Positions 16,999 through 22,183 of a DNA stretch of 22,183 bases are shown here, piece after piece. A model generated the notes under the pieces. The model had not been told where the DNA came from and ran no database searches. It saw nothing but the letters and a program-made list of their open reading frames with translations. Source of the stretch: Promethearchaeota archaeon. GTDB lineage: Archaea; Asgardarchaeota; Lokiarchaeia; Sigyniarchaeales; SOKP01. A program made the position numbers and the translations under genes. The stretch lies in contig JBHLLU010000004.1 in NCBI GenBank assembly GCA_048938895.1, positions 65,939-88,121 on the forward strand, given 5' to 3'. Each line of letters starts with the position of its first letter. The stretch's first letter is position 1.

Positions 16999-18651
16999 AT
17001 GAGTTTATGGAAAATCATTGCGAAGAATGAAATACGATTAAAAACATTTCGAGTTAGGAGAAATCGTAAATTATTCTTCATAATAATTTATACATTATTT
17101 CTCGTATGGGCTGCATATTTAGGTCCAGTTTTATTCGATGAGATCCTACCAGAACTTTTAAAATATTATTCAGAACAATTCGAAGTTCTGATTAGCTTAA
17201 TCATAGAATATTCGTTTATGACGTTATTTATGATGTATATGATATATCCCTTATTTATTCTCAATAGAAGATCTGAAATTGGGATAAAGGACTCAATCAT
17301 TGCTTCACCGATTAAATCAGGAGACATTTTTATTGGAGAATTCGTCGGACAATTACCCTTCTATTTTTTATTCATATTGGGAATAGGACCATTAGGCACA
17401 AGTCTTTTAAGACAAGTGAATTCTGAGATGACAATCATTCATTATTTGGTTTTTTATTTAGTTTTATTTATATTGTCTATTTTTGCGTTAATAATTGGAA
17501 TGATATTTTCCAACTGGTTTGAGAATAAAATTTTTAAGAATAAAAAAGTAAGAGAACTGGATAATTGGATTTTAATTTTGCTGTCATTTCTTATTATCTC
17601 TATTTTTTATGCCTTCCATATTATTTTTGAGATTGTAACTATTTTTCCTAATCTTAAAATTTGGATGTTATTTTTTCCTTCTTTTTGGTATTCTAATATA
17701 GTGTTATATAGTATCAAACCTTCATTGGTTTCCTCCTATATTTTAAATTTAGGATTTAATATAGGTTTAGCTATTTTAATCCCTTTATTTCTTCTCATTA
17801 TTTCTTATAAAAAAGCAGGAAAATTTTATACATTAGAAAGAACGATTAATAAGAGGTCGAAAAGAATCCATCAAGATCGAATTTTTTATCGGTTAATAGG
17901 GAAAATTTCTCCTCCTAAATGGAAAGGACTAATCATCACTCACTTTAAAGAATTTTTAAGAAAAAGAGAAAATTATGCAAAATTAATCTATAGCACTGTT
18001 TTTATTGGTTTTATTGGTTTCTTCTTATCTTTATCATTACAAGATTCAACACTTCTCTTAGAAGATAATCCATTAGGTATAACTTTACTATTAGAAATAT
18101 TCCATCATCGTCTTTTACTAGTATTAATTATTGGATGGATTGGTAGCTTAATTTTTAGTATCTTAATTGGTATTTCTGTGCTTATAAGATCAAAAGAACT
18201 GTTATTTTTATATAAAAAATCTCCAAGGGGTTTAAATTCTCTGCTATTTTCTTATTTATACGTTATTTCCTATACTCTTATCTTTTTAGACATAATACTG
18301 ACATCCTATTTTACTATTCTTTTTCAATTAAATATTTTACAGATAGTTATATTTTTTGCTATTTTTATGCTAAATAGTTTAATAATTCTCTTAGAAGCAT
18401 TAGCAATTCAATGTGTTAAGCCTTTATTTGAAGAAAGAGGCAAAGATGTTTTTTTTAACATCTATCTTCTTATTATTTTCCAAATTACATCTTTATTAAT
18501 TACATTATTTCTTGTTATGCCATTTTTTTCTCCTTTACTCAATGTTTCCATCGGAATTATTGTAATTTTGTTAGTTAACCTTATTGTATCTGGAGTAATT
18601 TCTGTTTTAGCTTTTTATCTTGGTATACTTAAAATAAACAAGATTGAATAA
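16999..18651 (+). CDS. Polytopic membrane protein, probable ABC-2-type exporter permease with two internal repeats
   Basis: Two halves that each begin with an amphipathic helix (LWKIIAKNEIRLK; WKGLIITHFKEFLRKR) and contain an SP coupling-helix-like motif (IIASPIKSGDIFIGE; LYKKSPRG). Also FFPSFW and 12 or more TMs. Confidence 0.75.
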   Translation: MSLWKIIAKNEIRLKTFRVRRNRKLFFIIIYTLFLVWAAYLGPVLFDEILPELLKYYSEQFEVLISLIIEYSFMTLFMMYMIYPLFILNRRSEIGIKDSIIASPIKSGDIFIGEFVGQLPFYFLFILGIGPLGTSLLRQVNSEMTIIHYLVFYLVLFILSIFALIIGMIFSNWFENKIFKNKKVRELDNWILILLSFLIISIFYAFHIIFEIVTIFPNLKIWMLFFPSFWYSNIVLYSIKPSLVSSYILNLGFNIGLAILIPLFLLIISYKKAGKFYTLERTINKRSKRIHQDRIFYRLIGKISPPKWKGLIITHFKEFLRKRENYAKLIYSTVFIGFIGFFLSLSLQDSTLLLEDNPLGITLLLEIFHHRLLLVLIIGWIGSLIFSILIGISVLIRSKELLFLYKKSPRGLNSLLFSYLYVISYTLIFLDIILTSYFTILFQLNILQIVIFFAIFMLNSLIILLEALAIQCVKPLFEERGKDVFFNIYLLIIFQITSLLITLFLVMPFFSPLLNVSIGIIVILLVNLIVSGVISVLAFYLGILKINKIE

Positions 18652-18927
18652 TTAATTCAAATTTTTATTGGAATACGAAGATCTTTTAATTAGTTTTATC
18701 AAAAGATACAAAAAAAGAGGTGCGAAAATTAATAATAACCCTAAAGGATTTAACAAGATAAATTCAAGCGTTGAAATGGTAATTTTTAGAGGATCCTCTG
18801 CAAATAATAAAATTAAAAAATATAAAAATGCGGTGATTCCAAAGATAAGGAAAAAAAAATCCGCCTTAATGACCCATAGTAATATTAAAATAAAGAAAAT
18901 GAAAAATACTGAATCATAGAATTCCAT
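18652..18927 (-). CDS. Small hypothetical membrane protein (about 3 TM)
   Basis: ATG start, highly hydrophobic, basic C-tail. Fills the gap and abuts the convergent permease stop. Confidence 0.6.
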   Translation of the reverse strand: MEFYDSVFFIFFILILLWVIKADFFFLIFGITAFLYFLILLFAEDPLKITISTLEFILLNPLGLLLIFAPLFLYLLIKLIKRSSYSNKNLN

Positions 18928-18979
18928 TTTAAATTTCGATTTGTTTTAGTAAAATAAAAAAAAAAGGGGTATAAAAAGA

Positions 18980-19798
18980 TTATTTTTTCTTTTTAATATA
19001 GTAAATTATTCCAGCAGTACTTAAACCGACCACTCCAATAAGAGTTATAACATCAAATCCTGGAATTTCTTCACTTGAGGCTGCGTTCACAGTCATTACA
19101 TTAGTACCTCCATACTTCAAACCACCTTGATCAAATACACCCTTACTATTCCAATGAGCCGTAAATAGCATTTGGTCCATAAGGGTCCCATTGATCATTT
19201 GCGAAGGTATTGTTATTTTGAATCCAGTTCCATCCTGTTCAATAGTTTCTCCTGTAGTTCCTCCTGTGAAGAAATCTATAAGACTACCAAGTCCATTTAC
19301 AGCTGCTGCCCAATCCAAAGTTTGTGGTACAATCATGAAGGGTATGGCAAACCCGTAAGGTGGTGTCTCTGTCTCCATAGCATTCATAGTATCATTAAAA
19401 TAATTAGATGTTTCGTTGTTCAAAACAATAACAGGTAAATATACTCCAGGGGGCATAGGTGATTGCCATCCATATCCAGGTACATTCATTAAGATTGACA
19501 TATTGATTATTGTATAATCATAAACGATACCAGTGATTTCATCGCTAATATATTCTACTACACCCTTCATGCTAATTGAAGGCATTGTTTCAAACATTGA
19601 GATGTCTGGGGGTACAGTTTGTCCCATATCTGTTATCATAGCAGAATAACCATCAACATTAACTCTTAATGTCCATTTGTATTCTTCACCTACTTGAACA
19701 CCAATATAAGCTGGTGGAGCTGCAGTGGAATAATTACTTAGGGGTATAAATAAAAACATCCCTAAAACTGAAATTAATAAGATTCTACTTTTCTTCAT
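18980..19798 (-). CDS. Secreted/surface protein with C-terminal sorting signal (PGF-CTERM/Loki-CTERM type)
   Basis: Signal peptide MKKSRILLISVLGMFLFIPLSNYSTAA. C-terminus is IPGF (19055-19066), a TM helix and KKKK. Several N-x-S/T sequons (NMS, NET, NDT, NGT). Confidence 0.88.
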   Translation of the reverse strand: MKKSRILLISVLGMFLFIPLSNYSTAAPPAYIGVQVGEEYKWTLRVNVDGYSAMITDMGQTVPPDISMFETMPSISMKGVVEYISDEITGIVYDYTIINMSILMNVPGYGWQSPMPPGVYLPVIVLNNETSNYFNDTMNAMETETPPYGFAIPFMIVPQTLDWAAAVNGLGSLIDFFTGGTTGETIEQDGTGFKITIPSQMINGTLMDQMLFTAHWNSKGVFDQGGLKYGGTNVMTVNAASSEEIPGFDVITLIGVVGLSTAGIIYYIKKKK

Positions 19799-20004
19799 AT
19801 ATTCTTCTCAACCGTTTTTTTAGGTTAAAATTTTAATATAATAACCATATTTCAAGTATTTAAATATATCATTCATAAAAGTAGATTTATAAACTTATCA
19901 CAACTTATTATTGAATATGTTCAATGACAACAAATACCAGTCTTATATATAAAATAAGGAGGCCTAAATAAGTATTATAACTATACTTCTCTTAACTATT
20001 ATTT

Positions 20005-20712
20005 ATGAATCCAATTAAATATGAATCCAGGTTTTTAGCAGGCGAAATGCTCACTAAATTTATAAAAGCTAAAAATGAGAAATTATATCATAAAATCGAG
20101 CAAAATTATAAAGATTTCTTTTGTTATGCAATCCCTAACGGAGGGGTACCAGTGGTGGAGGGATTTTGTTCTCAATTAAAAGTACAATATGATCTTTTAA
20201 TAGTGAGAAAATTAAAAATTCCATATAACACAGAGGCGGGTTTCGGAGCAGTCACCACTGATGGTACAGTTTTTTTTAATCAGGTGTTGTTAAATCAGTT
20301 AAATCTGACCGAAGAACAAATTAATCAATCTGTTTCTATAACTAAAGATGAAATAAGGCAAAGAGTTGAAGTCTATAGAAAAAATTCAAAAAATTCCAAA
20401 ATACAAGATGAGACCATTCGAAATAAGAATATATTCATGATTGACGATGGTTTGGCCTCAGGATTTACAATGTTAGCAGGGGTAAAGATGATAAGAAAAT
20501 ATAACCCAAAGAGTATCAATATTGCTGTACCTACTGCCCCTTTAAGAACCATAAAATCAATTGAAAAAGAAGTTAAAAATATTTTCTGTCCTAATATAAG
20601 AAATGTGAGGTGGTTTGCGGTCGCAGATTCATATAAGCATTGGTATGACGTACCAGACAGAGAAGTATTAGATATAATAAAAAATTCAAAGTGTTACAAA
20701 TTAAATCAATAA
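20005..20712 (+). CDS. Type I phosphoribosyltransferase family protein
   Basis: PRPP-binding loop MIDDGLASGFTM, plus AIPNGGVPV, VRKL.IP.N.E.GFGAV, IAVPTAP and AV...Y. Confidence 0.92.
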   Translation: MNPIKYESRFLAGEMLTKFIKAKNEKLYHKIEQNYKDFFCYAIPNGGVPVVEGFCSQLKVQYDLLIVRKLKIPYNTEAGFGAVTTDGTVFFNQVLLNQLNLTEEQINQSVSITKDEIRQRVEVYRKNSKNSKIQDETIRNKNIFMIDDGLASGFTMLAGVKMIRKYNPKSINIAVPTAPLRTIKSIEKEVKNIFCPNIRNVRWFAVADSYKHWYDVPDREVLDIIKNSKCYKLNQ

Positions 20713-20722
20713 AAAAATTTGA

Positions 20723-22075
20723 ATGAAAACAATGATACAATTTAGCAAAGTCAATAAAAGACTTCTCATTGCATATTCAGCTGCGTTATCTCTTCAAATC
20801 CTATTCATTTTAGGATTTATTATTTTTAATTGGTCTTCTCAAATATCTCAAAATTCCTTACTATATAAATTTTTTAGAGATTCATTAGAACCATACCAGG
20901 ATTACCAAATTTGGTATAAATCATTTGTTGATAATTTTGCCAATAAAGATTGGGTTCCATATTCATATTCCTTTCCTGATATTGAATTCTACACAGATTG
21001 GTTTTCTTACTTATTTGATCTATTTGTCGGTGTTCAACAGTATTATTACATTTATCCCCCCTTATTTCTTTATATCTTAAGCGTATTTGGCATATTTAAT
21101 ATAAATCTTATTTTTATTCCGTTATTAATCGCAACGAATTTATTACCAATTGTAATATACAAATTCCTATCACAATCCTTTAATAAAAAAGTAGCAGAAT
21201 GGGGATTTCTGGCAACTCTATTTTGTCCATTGCTCATCTTTTATAACGGAGGTTTACTTCTAAATACTTCGTTGGTTTCCCTCTTTTTTACTCTAACCCT
21301 TTATTTAATTTCGACTAATAAATTTAAATCTGCTTGTGTATTTTTAGCAATTTCTTTTCTAATTAAACAAATTATCCTGTTTTTTATTTTGCCTGTACTT
21401 ATCTATATCGTTCTTGAATCTTGCAGAAAAGACAAAGTTAAATTACCTTTAAATTATTTTAAGAGGTTATTATTATACTCTTCAATAATCCTTGGAATTT
21501 TATTTGTGGCGTCATTACCATGGATTATCATTAATCCATCTAGATACTTGAATTCAATATTACTTCCACAAAATATGAGAATCAATCCTGATTTTATAAC
21601 ACCACACCATAACTATCCTGTTCATTGGTTTAGTTTTCTTATAGATTTAGAATTTCCTTACTGGTTTCTATATATAATTGGTTTTTTAAACTTTACGGGT
21701 ATTGGTGTTTTGTTAACAGAAATTTTCATAGTGGTATTGATGTTTTATTGGCATTCTCACAATAAATTAAATTGGGTCAAATTTGTGGATGTAATCGTTT
21801 ATACTGCTTTTTTATCGCATCTCTTTTTTCCCAGAGGTGTTTATAAATATTATTTTACCTTTCATGTACCTCTCATTGTTCTATGGATAGCTTGTCATTA
21901 TTATGAAGTTTTAACCGATGATAAGAATAAAAATATGAGATTATTAGCGTATTTTATATCATTGTCTTTGTGTGTGATTTTAATCCCAAGATTTTATTAT
22001 TTATTATTAATTTGGGCAATTTTGATAATAATTATTAGAAAATCATCAAAACTTTCAATAAACTTAGAAATTTGA
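20723..22075 (+). CDS. GT-C fold integral membrane glycosyltransferase (GT87/mannosyltransferase-like)
   Basis: TM1, a large external loop with DY and YIYPPLFLY, then multiple TMs with CPL, LIKQ, LPW and KYY motifs. Confidence 0.75.
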   Translation: MKTMIQFSKVNKRLLIAYSAALSLQILFILGFIIFNWSSQISQNSLLYKFFRDSLEPYQDYQIWYKSFVDNFANKDWVPYSYSFPDIEFYTDWFSYLFDLFVGVQQYYYIYPPLFLYILSVFGIFNINLIFIPLLIATNLLPIVIYKFLSQSFNKKVAEWGFLATLFCPLLIFYNGGLLLNTSLVSLFFTLTLYLISTNKFKSACVFLAISFLIKQIILFFILPVLIYIVLESCRKDKVKLPLNYFKRLLLYSSIILGILFVASLPWIIINPSRYLNSILLPQNMRINPDFITPHHNYPVHWFSFLIDLEFPYWFLYIIGFLNFTGIGVLLTEIFIVVLMFYWHSHNKLNWVKFVDVIVYTAFLSHLFFPRGVYKYYFTFHVPLIVLWIACHYYEVLTDDKNKNMRLLAYFISLSLCVILIPRFYYLLLIWAILIIIIRKSSKLSINLEI

Positions 22076-22076
22076 A

Positions 22077-22121
22077 ATTAAAGAAAAGTAAAAAAAAATA
22101 ATTCCGCAGCGTTATGCGCTG
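22077..22121 (-). terminator. Small GC hairpin followed by oligo-T on the minus strand
   Basis: CAGCG-TTATG-CGCTG at 22107-22121. The A-tracts at 22081-22098 read as T-runs on the minus strand. Confidence 0.4.
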
Positions 22122-22183
22122 ATAAGTCTAAAAAGTATACTTGCGTGAGGAATATAGAACTCATCCTTACGTTTTATAACAAC
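22112..22183 (-). CDS. Possible 3' end of a convergent gene truncated by the window edge
   Basis: Minus frame open from the edge: VVIKRKDEFYIPHASILFRLISA, TAA at 22112-22114. Only 23 codons, so weak. Confidence 0.4.
   Translation of the reverse strand, partial: VVIKRKDEFYIPHASILFRLISA

Noticed and set aside
9553-19438. ORF-track entries at 9553, 11070, 13357, 13457, 16201, 16252, 18668 and 19172
   Set aside because: They overlap stronger genes in antisense or alternate frames. The Lys/Ile/Asn-rich ones are the expected mirror of hydrophobic membrane genes.
22100-22183. Locally GC-richer window end as a tRNA or ncRNA
   Set aside because: No cloverleaf or T-loop consensus; only a 5-bp hairpin and an open minus-strand frame.

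Overview
AT-rich, gene-dense archaeal chromosomal window, most likely Asgard/Lokiarchaeia. This is inferred from two TFB-family genes, TTTAAATA-type TATA boxes and an IPGF-TM-KKKK C-terminal sorting signal. In order it holds: a GNAT acetyltransferase; two tandem P-type ATPases; a divergent TFB-like gene, a membrane protein and a more typical TFB; aldehyde:ferredoxin oxidoreductase; endonuclease IV; a minus-strand run of two MgtE/SLC41 halves, a doubled PhoU-RCK_C protein, hexulose-phosphate isomerase and two SET-domain proteins; an ABC-type permease; a CTERM surface protein; a phosphoribosyltransferase; and a GT-C glycosyltransferase. The strongest unusual signal is in the ATPases. Both have a Ca2+-pump (P2A-like) scaffold with intact catalytic motifs, but both replace the M4 PEGLP ion-binding motif with PIN(I/L)P, placing Ile at the Glu position as in the PISL motif of P4 lipid flippases, and both replace the M6 Asp with His. 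This suggests a pump subfamily with a non-canonical cargo. An unannotated 70-codon C_GCAxxG_C_C-like fragment lies in frame directly behind the stop codon of one pump. I saw no rRNA, tRNA, CRISPR array or mobile element. All assignments come from motif recognition by eye; no database search was run.
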